Shown: positions 1 to 13,145 of the stretch, one piece after another | Position numbering within the stretch: the first letter of the stretch is position 1 | How the letters are laid out: every line of letters begins with the position of its first letter | Assembly: GCA_016748015.1 (NCBI GenBank) | Contig: JAAOMT010000129.1 | Span: 867,914-931,913 of the forward strand | Length of the DNA: 64,000 nt | Source of the DNA: Geosiphon pyriformis uo1 | Lineage: Eukaryota > Fungi > Glomeromycota | Reading direction: 5' to 3' | Notes under the pieces: generated by a model | Databases searched by the model: none | Told to the model about the DNA's origin: nothing | The model's input: the letters and a program-made list of their open reading frames with translations, nothing else | Made by a program: the position numbers and the translations under genes

Positions 1-95
1 CTGGATTTGATTATGAAGATGAAATAGAAACCTACTACCAAATTGTGAGCCACACATACTCGACCCAAGAAGCTTAAATTCAAGGATTAGAGCAA

Positions 96-941
96 ATGAA
101 CATTCAATTGTATAAAGAATGCATCATGCTTTGTGATGAAAAATGGTGTCCAGAATGCTATGCTCTTAGCATTCCCCTGCCTAGTAAAAATGACCAAGAA
201 GAAATTGAATTTGGGAAACCAGAAACAAAAAAAGAAATTGCAATGACACCAATCTATCTTACTGAAAACCAGCCTGCTATACAACTTAAATACTTTAACA
301 ACAATGGAAAAGGAATAAAACCAGAAAAAGCCCACGAAATTGATGCAGGATATGACCTAAGATATTCTGACAAAGACACTTTAATTTTCCAACCAAAATC
401 TTTAACAAAAATCAATCTCAAAATTGCTCTTGAAATTCCACCTGGAGCAATGGTTCAAATTGCATCCAGATCATTATTGGCAAGCAAAGGAATCAATGTT
501 AGAGGAGGAATTATAGATGCAAGATATACTAGAGACATTACTATCATGTTGCAGAATAAAACAGACAAACCATTCAAGATTGAACATGCTGAAAAAATTG
601 CCCAAGCAATTTACCTACCCCTAATCCACATTTTGGGTTTACAATCAGTTAATAACAGAGAACAATTAGGGAAAAGTAAAAGAGGAATGCAAGATTTTGG
701 TTCAACTGGACGATTTACAATACCAGTAAACATAGCTCTTAATATACAAAATGAATCTCACCAGATTCTTCAACTTCTACAACCAATTACCATTTCACCT
801 TTTGGAGAACATCACAAAATTTACACTTGCTCAAAACCCACTACTATCCAACAAATTTTTGAATCCAATAAACAAATTTGTTTAAAGCATGAAATATCAA
901 TTCCAAACGTTTATATTCCCAAAAGAATGAAAAAATTTTGA
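96..941 (+). pseudogene. dUTPase domain of the Gypsy polyprotein
   Basis: Motifs DAGYDL, IASRSLLA, GGIIDARY, IAQAI and KRGMQDFGSTG correspond to the five trimeric dUTPase motifs; the frame continues past an in-frame TGA at 939-941. Confidence 0.9.
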
Positions 942-1149
942 GTTATATTCTACAACCCCAATAATTACCCTATTGTCTTATTAAACAAATTAGAAATTGG
1001 AATCATACACAGCAATATCTTTCAAGATGAAAACTCTCAAATTGTTTCTAATTTTATCGAAATTGTAAAGCACACTCTACTCCCAAATCCAAATATCATT
1101 TCCACCACTGAAAACTACCATCTTTTGGAAAAAAACTCTTTCGTATTAA

Positions 1150-3948
1150 CATGGATTTCTTAGAACCTCAACAACAAAGACAATTAAAACAATTGATAGC
1201 TGAATTTGCAGATATATTTGCAAAAGACAACAATGACTTGGGAAAAATGGATATTGTTCAACATTAGATCCATATAGGAGATGCTCCACCAAAACATCAA
1301 CAAGCTTACAGAGTGCCACCTGTCAGTCATCAATTCATCAGAGAAGAAGTTCAGAGAATGCTTAATAACAGATTGATTTAACCATCAAGAAGTCTTTGGG
1401 CCTCACCAGTAGTCTTTGTCAAAAAGAAAAATGGAAAAATCAGATTTTGTGTTGACTATTGCCAATTGAACAGTGTGACAATTGGAGATGCCTACCCTCT
1501 TCCAAGAATTGATGACATGTTAAATGTTTTAGAAAAAGCCAAGTTCTTCTCAACTTTGGACTTGGAAAGTGGATACTGGCAAGTTGAAATGGACCCAAAA
1601 GACCGACCCAAAACAGTATTTACTACTCAAGGAGGAAACTATGAGTTCAATGTTATGTCTTTTGGACTTTGCAATGCACCAGCAACATTTCAGTGACTCA
1701 TGAATGTTGTATATGAAAAGCTTTTGTGGCAATCAGTAGTTGTCTATCTTGATGACACTAATGTATACTCACCAAGCTTTGAAGCCTATCTTATTCACCT
1801 GCAAGAAGTTTTTCAATAATTATAGAAAGCAGAATTAAAGTTAAACATTGAAAAATGTTACTTTGGAAAAACAAGCTTGATCTTTCTTGAACACATAGTT
1901 AGTAAAAATGGAGTCAAACCAAATCCAGGAACAATCAGTGCTGTCAAAAACTTTCAGACTTCCAAAAATACTACAGAGCTATGAAGATTTGTAGGATTAG
2001 CCTCCTACTATCAGAAATTCATTAAAGAATTCTCAGAAATTGCCAAACCATTCAATTATCTTACCAATAAAAATGTGCCATACAAATGGACAGAAGAACA
2101 ACAGAAAGCTTTTAAAACTCTCAAAACAAGATTGAAAACAGCCCCAGTTCTTGCATATTCAAACTTCAATAAACAATTTCAACTAGCCACTGATGTTTTA
2201 CATATAGCATTTAGTGCCATCTTATTACAATTAAATAAAAATGACCAGAAACAAGTCATTGCCTATGCCAATAGAACACTCAAGCCAACAAAACTCAAAT
2301 ATGGCTCAACTGAATTGGAAGCCATTGCAGTTATCTGGGCTTTTAAACATTTTCAACAATACTTGAAGAATGGAAAAGAATTTGACATAATAACTGACAA
2401 TATTGGCCTCAAATGGCTTAATAAAAAGAAAACTGAACAAAATGCCAAACAGTCTTGGTGGAATAACTTCCTAGCAAACTACAGATACATTGTACATCAC
2501 AAACCAGAAAAACTACACACCAATGTTGATAGTCTCTCAAGAATAAGACAAGACTAATACCAACAACAATTCCACCATAACTTACCAACCTACCAACAAA
2601 ATAACCAAACAACAATAGATTCCAGAAACTACAGCAATCTTAAAAACTATTTGGAGACCCTTACCATGTCAGAAAATTGGTCCCCAAGTGAAAAACATTG
2701 TTTACAACACCAATCAAAGCAATATTTCATACACCACAACAAAATCTATTATAAAAATCACAGAAACCCAAACCAACCACTCAGATTAGTACAAGAGAAT
2801 AAAAAAGAAACAATTTATATAACATGTACACAGATCCATCTTCAGTACACTTGGGAAGATATGAAACAATTCAAAGAACTCTTGAACATTATTTTTGGCC
2901 TTATATGCAAAAAAACATTTAACAATATGTAGAATCTTGTGATAGTTGTCAAAGAAAAGGAGGAACTTGCCCCACAGAACCTTTAAATCCAATTAAAATT
3001 GGACAATCTTTTGACAAAGTTGGAATTGATTTAGTCGAACCATTGCTTATCACAACCCAAGAAAATTGCTATATTGCAGTAGCAGTAGATTATCTTACCA
3101 AATGGTCTGAAGCTAAAGCCATCCAAAGAGCAGATGCAAAATCAGTAGCAAATTTCATTTATGAAGACATTATTTGTAGACATAGATGTCCAATTGAACT
3201 TTTATCTGATCAAAGAACACATTTTGTAAACAACTTGATACAAGAAATTTGTGAACGGTTTAATGTCAAAAAATCTCTATCATTGCCTTATCACCCTCAA
3301 ACAAATGGACTTGTAGAACGTTTCAACAGAATATTGTGTAAATCTCTAGCCAAAGTCTCAACAGACTTTAAGCAGGAATAAGATATCTTTATTCTATTAG
3401 TGTTACTAGCATACAGAATGCTAAAACAAGATACTATGAAACACACACTATTTGATTTTACTTATGGAAAAACAGCAACATTACCAATTAATTTCACAGT
3501 AGAAACATACCCAGTACAACCAATCAATAAAGAAAACTTTCAAGAAACACTCCAAAAAAGGGCCTATACTCTTCTTAGTACACTGGAAGGAAAAAGAAGA
3601 ATAGCAGCAACTCATATTGAACATTCCCAAGCTTAACAAAAAGAAAGACATGACAACAAATTACCACCTATTACTAACAAATTTAAAGTTGGAAATAAAG
3701 TTCTCTTACACAGAACTAAGGCTGAGAAACAATGAAGTGGGAAATTTGAAAACAAATGGGATGGACCATTTTATATTCACGAAATTCTAGGCAATAGATC
3801 ATACAAGTTAAGACTTGATGACAAAATACTAGCAAAAGTTGTACATAGAAACAGATTGAAACACTATCATTCCAGAAACAATCCTGAACTATTAATTCCA
3901 CAAATTGGTACACATTTCCCTTTAATTAATCCTGAAGATATTCCCTAA
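1150..3948 (+). pseudogene. Gypsy pol: reverse transcriptase, RNase H, integrase (multiple stops/frameshifts)
   Basis: RT DAYPLPRIDD, DLESGYWQ, FGLCNAPATFQ, VVYLDD (~1738-1756); RNase H LATD...ELEAIAVIWAFKHF; integrase H..H..CDSCQ, GIDLV, DYLTKW, LLSDQ, YHPQTNGLVERFN; C-terminal KWDGPF (GPY/F) motif. Confidence 0.95.
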
Positions 3949-4184
3949 AATTTAAAATCAATAATTATAATAGAACAACAACCAAACTTGAACACTTAAA
4001 TTTTACAATAATTCTCTAATAAAAACACAAAGACAAAAATAGTAAATAATTACAAAAACACCCAAACCCAAAAACAAATAAAAACCCAATATCCAAAAAT
4101 AATTTTTTTTATTCTTTTTTTTCATAATTAGTTAATTTTATCATAATTATTCCCCGAAATATTCAACAAATATTCTAAAAGTTA

Positions 4185-4850
4185 ATGTTAACCTTGAAAA
4201 CACTTCCTGACTTATCCATAACGATTAATGGAAGTCAAATTAATTACATTCAGAAAGAAACCACAGCTCCAGTAGCAAATCATTTACAAAACTATCACCC
4301 CTATAAAAGAAAAACAAAAAGTCATTCTGAAAATAGGTTACCAAGACTTTTGAAGCAAGCACTAGAAGAAAATCTTTTAATTGCTCCTATTGACATTCCA
4401 CCAAATGCTACAATACAACAAAAACTTCTACTACTTCTCAATGAACAGAACAATGAACACACTCCTATCTATAAATACTTTTACATTGGAAAGACATTTT
4501 ATGAATGAAAACTAAAACTTAAAGCAACAAATCTCACTTTTGAAGTTATACAAAAACAAATCTACAATGAATTCAAAACAGCAGCTGAATCAACAAACAC
4601 TCACTACAAACTTAGAACAGCTTTTAGACTCTATGATTTGTTTAATACTTGTGAAAATATTCTACAAAATCTAATACTGCAACTAATAAAAGTCCAATAC
4701 ATTGGCAAACTCACAGAACTGAAATTTCAACAATTTTCAGACCAAATTACTTCAATTATTTTGGATCACTATCTCAATATCACAGATAGTGCTTGGACTT
4801 TGACAGAACTCAGTCTTGAGGAGGAGATTATGTTACCAGTAGAATTTTAG
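4185..4850 (+). pseudogene. Extra sense ORF (~221 codons, one in-frame TGA at 4506) between integrase and 3' LTR; unknown function
   Basis: ORF-track segments 4185-4508 and 4638-4850 are in the same frame, separated by a single TGA; overlaps the PPT and LTR start. Confidence 0.6.
4818..4830 (+). promoter_or_regulatory. Polypurine tract of the Gypsy element
   Basis: GAGGAGGAGA(TTA) immediately before the TGTTACC LTR start. Confidence 0.75.
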
Positions 4851-5843
4851 CTATTAATTAGCATGAAATTACCTTTATAATTCCTATAATTAATTAGTAT
4901 ATTAATATCATTTCAAATTATCATTTATTATTTAATCAATTATCACATATTACAATTCAATTAAATAATCCAATTAGTATAACAAAAAGTAGAATGATCA
5001 AATTACACAATACCCTGAACTTTGTAACATTCCAAAATTCGCTGAAATTTACAGAAATTCGCCGAAATTTATAAGAAATTCGCCGAAATTTATAGAAATT
5101 CGCCGAAATTATGAATAGTTCACCCAAATTAATCAATAGTTCAGCAAAATAACTTGTAGTTCATCAAAATGTATCTTTAGTTCACCGAAATTTGAGCAAA
5201 GAAAAAAAGTGTAAGTTCATAGACTAGTATTACAACAAGTTGTATAAAAAAAGAGCTTTTTTCTTCAAAAAAATGTATCTTACTTTAGATTTATCACTTA
5301 AAACCATTCCTATACACACAAAAAGAAATAAATATTAAATAATTCAAAAAAAACCAAATTCTTTAATTATTGCACTTGAAAAATCCTCAAAACCCAACTA
5401 ACATTTTAAAATTAATTAGTTACCAATTTCAGTAAACTGTTAGTAACTTCAGGTCTGGATAGAAAACGTTTCTCTTGATAAAATTCTATTTCTTTTACAT
5501 TTCTTTTATTTTTCTTTTCTTTTCTTATTATAATCATTAGAATAGCCTATAGACGAGATTCCTGTAGAAAAGTTAACTTTCACAGCAAAGTAACTACATA
5601 TTTTTAGTGAGCTTCCAGATGAGCAATTCCTGAGAAAGGGTTGACATTTCCTACAATGTAACTACATAAAGTAACTGGCAAGGAATTGACCATTCCACTT
5701 ATAAGCCCAGCAGTTCAAATTATAGGAGATAATTTAAAGATAAATTCAGTTATTGAAGGTTCAACTACTTCTAGAAAACGTGAATTTGCAACCAACAGAC
5801 ATTTACAACATTCAAGAAAAGAGACCAAAAACCTCTGATAACA
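4831..5843 (+). repeat. 3' LTR (family A), ~1013 bp
   Basis: Starts TGTTACCAG, ends CTGATAACA (imperfect terminal inverted repeat); homologous decayed copies at 10181-13145(-), 20886-24140(+), 28370-28836(-). Confidence 0.9.
5034..5195 (+). repeat. ~20-bp tandem array inside LTR-A (GAAATTCGCCGAAATTTATA-like, ~8 units, the later ones degenerate)
   Basis: Directly visible repeats. Confidence 0.85.
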
Positions 5844-8800
5844 CCATTGTTGTGTCAATTAGTTTAAGAGGGCTCTTGAATGTTCAGTTAAATAGTTTGC
5901 ATAAGCAGGCTAATAAAAATCATTGGAGATTCAAAATCAAAGATGCAAATAGTGTTGGGTGGTCTCATTTTAGGGACTGCTCTTCCACCAAGATTTTAAT
6001 GGTAAAAGATAGGTTTTTTGCTGCTGCTACTAATCATAATTTAGATGCTATGTGGTCACTGCTGAAAAAAGCTTTAATAGATTCTGCTAACAAGATATTT
6101 TCTAGACATTGGTTCAGTGTTTTTCAGTGTTCAAGAAATATGCAATCTTCTAAATTTTTGGGTTTGGGGTTGTTAGTTGCCAAGATTGTCAAAAAACTGG
6201 GTTCTGCTGATATCCTTGGTTTTGATTGTCTTGTTAAGAAGTGGGCATCTTTAGATACTGCTAATGGTTTTGTTTTAAAAGACATAGTATACAATGGTCG
6301 AAAATCAGAGAATGTTTTTAAGTATTTGTTACTTATCAAGAAAGGGTATAAGAAGTCTAAATTACACAAATCAAATTGGCACAGGAGGCTTCTATCAGAG
6401 AGGCTGTCAAAAAGTGCATGGAAAAGTTTTGTTTGAATAAGGGAAGTATAATCAGAAGTGTTTTAGATAGACCTTTTCAAAAGGTTGTATTGGATCATTT
6501 GGTGGTCAATGATGAGTTGATTTTGGAGCTGAATGAGATGAGATTGAATGTCAACAGTATTATGGAAGGCTGAATGAGGAAATATGTGGTGTCTTCTGTA
6601 ATTCTTAGTCTCTGGGCTCATCAATATGCATCTTTAGACTATGTTAGGGATAGTACTTTTTCTGGTGTGATGGATGTGATCAGTATGGATAAATTGTTTT
6701 TGGTCATTGGTAATTTGCCTGATGGTAAAGCCATTGGTTTGTTTGGCATTCCTAATAAACTATGGAAACATGGTGGTAAAAAAGTACTGAAGTGTCTTTT
6801 AGTGTTGTTAAACACATGTTTATCTGTTGGTATGGTGCCTGCTTTGTAGAGAAGGGCATGAGTTTTAATGATTCCTAAGCCTTATTACTAAGATGGGATT
6901 CTTACAAACACTTGGCCAATTGCTCTAATTGAAACTGCTAAGAAAATTTTGTCCAAAATTCTATCTGATCATATATTGTTGGTGTGTAGCAAGTTTGGTA
7001 TTCTTCAGAATGATAACTTTTTGGTGCTTTGTGGCATGTTCACGCAATCTCTGGTGTTTATAGTTGGGTCAGTAGTGGAGGATGCTTTCAAGAAAAACAG
7101 AGAAATTTGGTTGGTGTTGCAAGATATGTAAAAGACATATGATTTTGTTGGTTGGCATCATTTAAGAACTAGCTTACAGCACATCAAAATGTGTGAAAGA
7201 TTTATTAAGTTTTTTGGTAATATCCATGAGGACAGGATTAACAGAGTGATGACTGATTTTGGCTTGTCTAATGGTTACAGAGTTTATGATAATTTAGATC
7301 AGGATGAAGTTTTTTCGCCTTTTTTGTGAAGGATTTTTTATAATCTGCTCTTGTACAAGGTAAAAAGACATGAGCAGTTGTGTAAGTACCATATTAATTC
7401 AAAGTTTGTTGCAAAAATGGGCAGGGTTGAAAGTGTTGGTGGAATGACATCTTATTTTGCGGCTGGTATCTTTGTTGACGACACAATTTGGGTTGAAAAT
7501 TGTTAGGCCTTTACTTAGTATGCTCTAAACATTGCCAGTGAATTTTTCAAGATCAACAATATCTCTATTAATAATGATAAGACAGTGGCTATTCTCATTA
7601 ATCAGGGTGTCAAGATTGCCTCTCTAAATATTTGTGGTCAGCCGATTTCTATTGCCAAAAAAGGCAAAGCACATCATTATCTGGAGATCTTTTTATTTAT
7701 GGAGGGATTGTCTAAGCCAAGTGTTGCAAAAGCTCATTCTGATATTTGTTTTTTTGTTAATGTTGTGCTTAGGAAGGCTATCACAGATAAACAGTACTCA
7801 TACTTGGTTTCTGCCATCTTGCAGCCTATTATTAGCTACCAAACTCAGTTTAGTTATGTTTTGCCTAGTGTTTGCTACAAGTAGAATGTCATGATTAAGA
7901 AAGGTCTTAAGTCCAAGGCTGGTCTGTTTCATGATTTCCCTGATGCTGCTTTGTATCACCCTTCTTTGTATGGCTTAAAGACTTTTGAGCAAATGCAGTC
8001 TGAGGGAAAGATTGCTGCTCTGGTTTTTTTTTCTAATGTCTCTGGAATTCTTAGACATTTGTTTAATCATAGGTTTTTGGACTTGCAAATTCTTGGTTGA
8101 ACTTCTCTGAACTCACTCCAGTTTCCTGTCAAGCTGCATGTTAGTTCAGTTGACAATTTTTTGGCTAGAATTGTAAAGATTTTTTTGAATAATGAACTTT
8201 CTTTGGTGAATAACCTTCCCAATGCTTTTTGTAGTCCTGGTTTTTTTCTAATATCATCAATTCTTGGGAATTCTTTGTACTTTAATTCTGACCAATCTCT
8301 GAGAAGATTTGGGGTTGCTTTCAGTGACCATTTTTTGAGCAAGAAAGATGGTGTGCTTGATTGGAAAATCTTTCATTGTTGGAAAAGATTGAATCCTCGA
8401 GGCCTTATACCTTACTGGTTCTTAATTGCATCTGAGTTTTTGTTGGTCCAAAGTTCTTTTTCACCTAGCTCTACTGGATTTGATTGATCTAGTAGTCTGA
8501 ATATTTTGAAGTCTAATATGTTTTCTGTTGTAAAAGATGGCTTGCATGATGTCTGGTCTGATTGCTTTAAGGTATATACTGATGGGTCTTTAAAAGAAGC
8601 TGGCTCTGCTAATGTCACTTGTGGTACAGCTGTATATTTTCCAGCTTTGAATTTGAGTATTGGAATTGCAATTCATGGTCTTTTGTCATCCACTCTTGCT
8701 GAATTGCAGGCCGTTGCTTTGTCTTTTGAATGTGTTTTATCTTCATGTAAGTTAATTTTGCATATTAACAGCCAGACTGCTATCAATTCTTGCTTGTTGG

Positions 8801-9999
8801 AATTGTCGTCCGCTGTGCCTGATTTTCGAAACCAGTGCTAGTTGGAGAGGTGTCATATTTTTAATTTGATTCAGGATAAAGATCTTGAAGTGGTTTGGGT
8901 TAAGATTAAGGGGCATTCTGACATCTCTGGCAATATTAAGGCTGATTTGGCAGCTGAGGAGGCTACTTGGTCTTCTTTTACACTACTGGCTGGAATTCGT
9001 GAGTGGTTTTTAGTGGCCGAGAACACTGTGGTTTCTGGCAATGCTCATTATTTTATTAGGGACATTTTCCAGTCTGTTAGTCATGCTTACTGGGAGACTG
9101 GGCCTGGTTATGGTGTGGTTCCTGATGAGCTGGTTGGAGGTGTGGACTGGATTTCTATTGCAAAAGTATGGCATTTCGATTCTTACATGTTTGCTGGATT
9201 TATTAGTCAAAGTTCTTTGAACTTGTGTATTTATTTAATGAAGACTGTGCACAAGTATCTCCCAGTAGTGGTTCGGAAGAGGTTGTATAATAAAAAGTAT
9301 CCTGATGTGATGTACTTGCTGTGTGGTAAGGTGAAGTTTTTGGATCATGTCTTTACGTGTGTTCAAGATGTAGCTATTCACAATGAGGTTCTAGCTAAGA
9401 CTTCTGTCCATTAGGTTTCTGTGGCCAGTGTCTGTGTTTTGTCATCTTCCACCATTTTGTGGGCTTTGTCTGTCTGTTCTTTGGATGTCGGCTTGTATTT
9501 TGTTGTTTGTAAAGGTTTTGTATTGAGCAAGTAGTATGAGAAGACTTGAAGTGTTTTTAATAATAAAAAGCAAGCTGTTGGTAAGATTGTCAATTTTGTT
9601 AGATTTGTCATGGAGTTGCATCATGTAAAGATGTAGTTGGTGAGGTCTGAACACAGGGTATGGATGGAAAAAGCCAGCTTGGTTGTTGATAGGATGTGAT
9701 TTCTGGTTTTTTTTGTAGTGTGTCTTCAATGTTGTCTAAAGGGGTGGTCAAATTACTTGGTGTCATCAAATCTTTTACTATTAGCTTTGGTCATCATAGG
9801 CCGTGTTGTTTTTTCTCTGGTTTGGGTGGTGATATAAGTGTTAATATAGATGTGTAGTGTTGCCTTGTCTGACCCGAGTGGCTAGCCACATATAGTAAGT
9901 GCATGAGTTGCATTTAGTTTGAACCACTTAATTTGGCTCTATGTACTAAATAGTGGTTGGGCTTTGCTTGTTAAAATGCTAATAAAAAAAAAAAAAAAA
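5844..9999 (+). mobile_element. LINE copy A: 3' part of ORF2 (post-APE, RT, RNase H, CCHC), conserved 3' tail, poly(A)
   Basis: LVLQDM, DQ.EVFSP, IFVDDTIWV, VYTDGSL...AELQAV...WVKIKGHS; ORF2 stop 9855-9857; poly(A) ~9982-9999. Confidence 0.93.
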
Positions 10000-10180
10000 T
10001 TTAAAAAACTAATTTACTAATTTTAAAGACTATATAACCAAAAAAATCAATTAAATTAGTTTTATATGTATTTTAAAAAATAATAATCTTATTTTAATTA
10101 ATAAAAAAAAATTTTAATATTATTTTTAGTTATTAAAATTAACAAATAATTAAAAACAGCTGCAATTTTATTAAAAATAT

Positions 10181-13145
10181 TGTTATTGAAGTTTTTTTTT
10201 GATATTATTAATATTAATTTTTTATTAAATCTGTTATTAATAAAAATTATTAAACTTTTAAGATATTAATTTATTTTAAAATATTTTTTTATATTTTAAA
10301 CTGTTTATATTATTAAATTTATAATAAAATAGCCAATTTTATGTTAATTATTTTGTGTAATTACTTTGCAATAAAAGTTAATTTTTACAAAAATTTTTAA
10401 TTATAGATTTTTAATAATATGTAGTTATTTTATAATAAAAGTTAATTTTTTTCCAAAAAATTTTAATTATAAACTATTTAAAAGTCTTTTTTTTGCCTAA
10501 TAATTGTAAAAAACTGTTTTTGGTAATTACTGAAGCAACTTTCTCATCTTTGAGTGGTCTTTTATCAAACAAAATTCTCTTAAAAAAACACATTTGAGTT
10601 AGTTTTAATGTTGTCTCTATTTTTTTAAAAAGCTCAAAAATTTTTAATAACAGATTAGTCAATAAGCTGGTTTTCTTTTCTATAGCTTCTATACTAAATA
10701 CTACTAGTATTTTTTCTTTAAAGAAAATAGTCAAAAAGACCAAAAGTTCAGAAAAGTGGAAGCAGTCACTTGTCTCTGCTATTATTACACCAAATCTCTT
10801 TGTAGTTTCTAATGAGATCTTAAATAAGATCTCTATAGTATTATTTGACATGTTATCCAAAATAGGCCAAGATTAACTACTGGCTGTATTGCTAATTGTA
10901 ATGTTTTTCAGCAAATCATTGCTGGTTTTAAAAACAAAACAACCATTTCTTATGATATTACCTGTTTTTGAGAACTGAGCTAACCAAATAGGAACTGAAT
11001 CATTTCCTCTTCTGGTTTTTGGTGCTGCCACTAGTAATGCTTAGGAAACTATTACAAGTTATCAAAGATTTTCTGAATAAGTGGCCTCTATTCTGGTATC
11101 TAGTGCTACTTTCAAGATTAAATTGGCTCATATTAAGGCTGTTTTTTAGTCTGTACATAGTTTTTTGGATGTAAAATTAGTGTTAAAGAACAATGTAAAG
11201 CTTTTCTATGTGAAGTTTGCTTCTCAAGTGTCTTTGAAAGCTGCATTTTTGGTTGAACTTACAAGTTTTGTTTGTTTAGTCACTCTCAAAATTGCTAAGT
11301 TTTTGGTGGTTTCTAAGTCTGGTCTCTTTTCTGTTGCTGTTATATTATATAATATGCTTTTGAGTGTGTTTGCTGTTAATATTAAGACAGTTCTTAGCAT
11401 ATTTGGTAATATCATTTGTGTTGTGCTAAAGTCTATTGGCATTTGGCAATATGTAGTTGTTTATTTTAAAAAGTTGAACTTTGCTGTGTTTGCTTTAAAT
11501 CATTGATCAGTTTTAGTGAACAAGAATAGTGTTAAGCTTCTCTCTTTGGTGAATCAAAATAAGACTATTCTGTCTTATAATAGATTTAAAACCAAGCTGT
11601 TCAACTTTTTTTTGGGCTGTACTGTTTTTAAAATCAGTAATATGGTTTCTTAAGTTGATAATCAGACATGTTTTATTCTTTGCTCTTCTAATTTTGGTTG
11701 TTATTTCCAGTTTGCTCTGATTAGATCTTAAGTTAATTTGAATGCTGCTATTGTAAAGATTGATACACTAAGAAAATGTTATATTTGGTAGAAAACACCT
11801 GGTTGTCAGTGTTGTTTTAAGTATCAAAAAATGAACCATTTGACTGTAGATTATAAAATGTCTCTGTCTCTTTCTCTTAAGACTCTTAAAATATTTGCAT
11901 TATGCTTTGTAAGTACAAAGTTTTATGCTAAGATGTTTGTCTCTTTGGATTTTTTAAATTTATTTTATTGGTAACTTTTACTTTTTTTTCTAGAATTAAT
12001 GATGATTCTTTGATTTTGTTTTGGCTTGTGTTTTTGGAATCTGACTTAACCAAATTGTTAATGTTGGTTAAATCTATTGTTAAGCCTGTTGGTGGATTAG
12101 TAACTGCTTTTGAACAATTTATTAAGAATGATCTTATGTTAGCAGCAAGCTTAGAAACAAGATTAATAAGCTTATGGTGTATTTAAGTACTTTTAGCAAA
12201 TCTGTTGATAAGTTAGAAAGAAAGATAGTAAAATTAAAAACTAAGTATAACATAGATAATATTAATTTATTTGGTGATTCTGAAGTTTAATTGGAATAAA
12301 TAATGAGGTGTTTGGTAAGTTAATGACATTCTGAGAATTTGAATCTCTTAAAGTTAAGCTTAATCCCATAAAAACAGCCAAATGACTTATTAAGTTGGTT
12401 CTTAGTAATCTCATTTTGTTTGATATAATTTAAAAAATATCTATCTTAAACAAGTTTTCTTGTAAGTTGTTAGCATAGTATTGTTTAAATTGGCTCAAGT
12501 AGCTAACTACATATAGAAAGTGTATAAATTGCATCTAACTGGAGTTTCTAGTTTTGACTCTATATACTAGATAGCAATTGGACTATATTTATTAAATAAA
12601 AAACAAACAAACTATTTAATAATATAAAAAAATATAATTTAAAATTAATTAAACTATTATTAAATTAATAATTAATTAATTTTAAAATATTAATTAAAAT
12701 TTGTGAATTTTGAACCAATATTAATTATAAAAGAAGTTTTAATTTTTAAAATAAAAATTTATTTTATTAAAATTTAATTAACTAATATATTAAATTCAAA
12801 ATAAAATATATTTTTTTAAAAAAAATTTTTTTTTTATATAATTATTGTAATACTATTTTAAGATATGGCTAATTTTTTGGCAATTAAATGTATATTTTAG
12901 CAAATTATTAATTATTTTAGTAAATTATTAATTATTTTACAAATTTTTAAATTATATATTATTTAAATATTACATAATTTAATTATTATATTTAATTATA
13001 CTTATGTATTTATATAAATTAGATTATTAATTAAATAATAATTTAGTTAACAATAATTAATAATTTAAAAATAATAATATATATTAATTAATAATAGAAA
13101 TAATAATTTTATGCTATTTAATAACTTAATTTTTGTTTCCTAACA
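10181..13145 (-). repeat. Solo LTR-A (decayed), interrupted by an ORF1-only element
   Basis: Bounded by TGTTA (10181) and TAACA (13145), flanked by 4-bp ATAT direct repeat; colinear with the reverse complement of 4831-5843. Confidence 0.75.
10481..12608 (+). mobile_element. 5'-truncated ORF1-only (HAL1-like) retroposon
   Basis: Homologous to 21470-23635; ORF1 stop at 12476-12478 directly followed by the LINE-type tail and A-rich end; TSD AAACTATTTA at 10471-10480 and 12609-12618. Confidence 0.85.

Larger units (their letters stand above)
1..5843 (+). mobile_element. Ty3/Gypsy LTR retrotransposon (LTR family A), 3' part; 5' end outside window; inactivated by stops
   Basis: Domain order dUTPase-RT-RNaseH-integrase, then extra ORF, polypurine tract and a TG...CA-bounded LTR; inserted into a LINE ORF2 that resumes at 5844. 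Confidence 0.95.

Noticed and set aside
5034-5195. CRISPR-like array
   Set aside because: Contiguous tandem units without unique spacers, inside a eukaryotic LTR; no cas genes
5753-6436. 227-aa ORF as a gene
   Set aside because: Chimeric frame spanning the LTR end (5843) and the interrupted LINE ORF2
9858-9985. Hammerhead, HDV or group II domain V identity for the 3' tail
   Set aside because: No CUGANGA/GAAA core arrangement, helix order does not fit HDV, and the stem is too long for domain V; left as an unclassified structure
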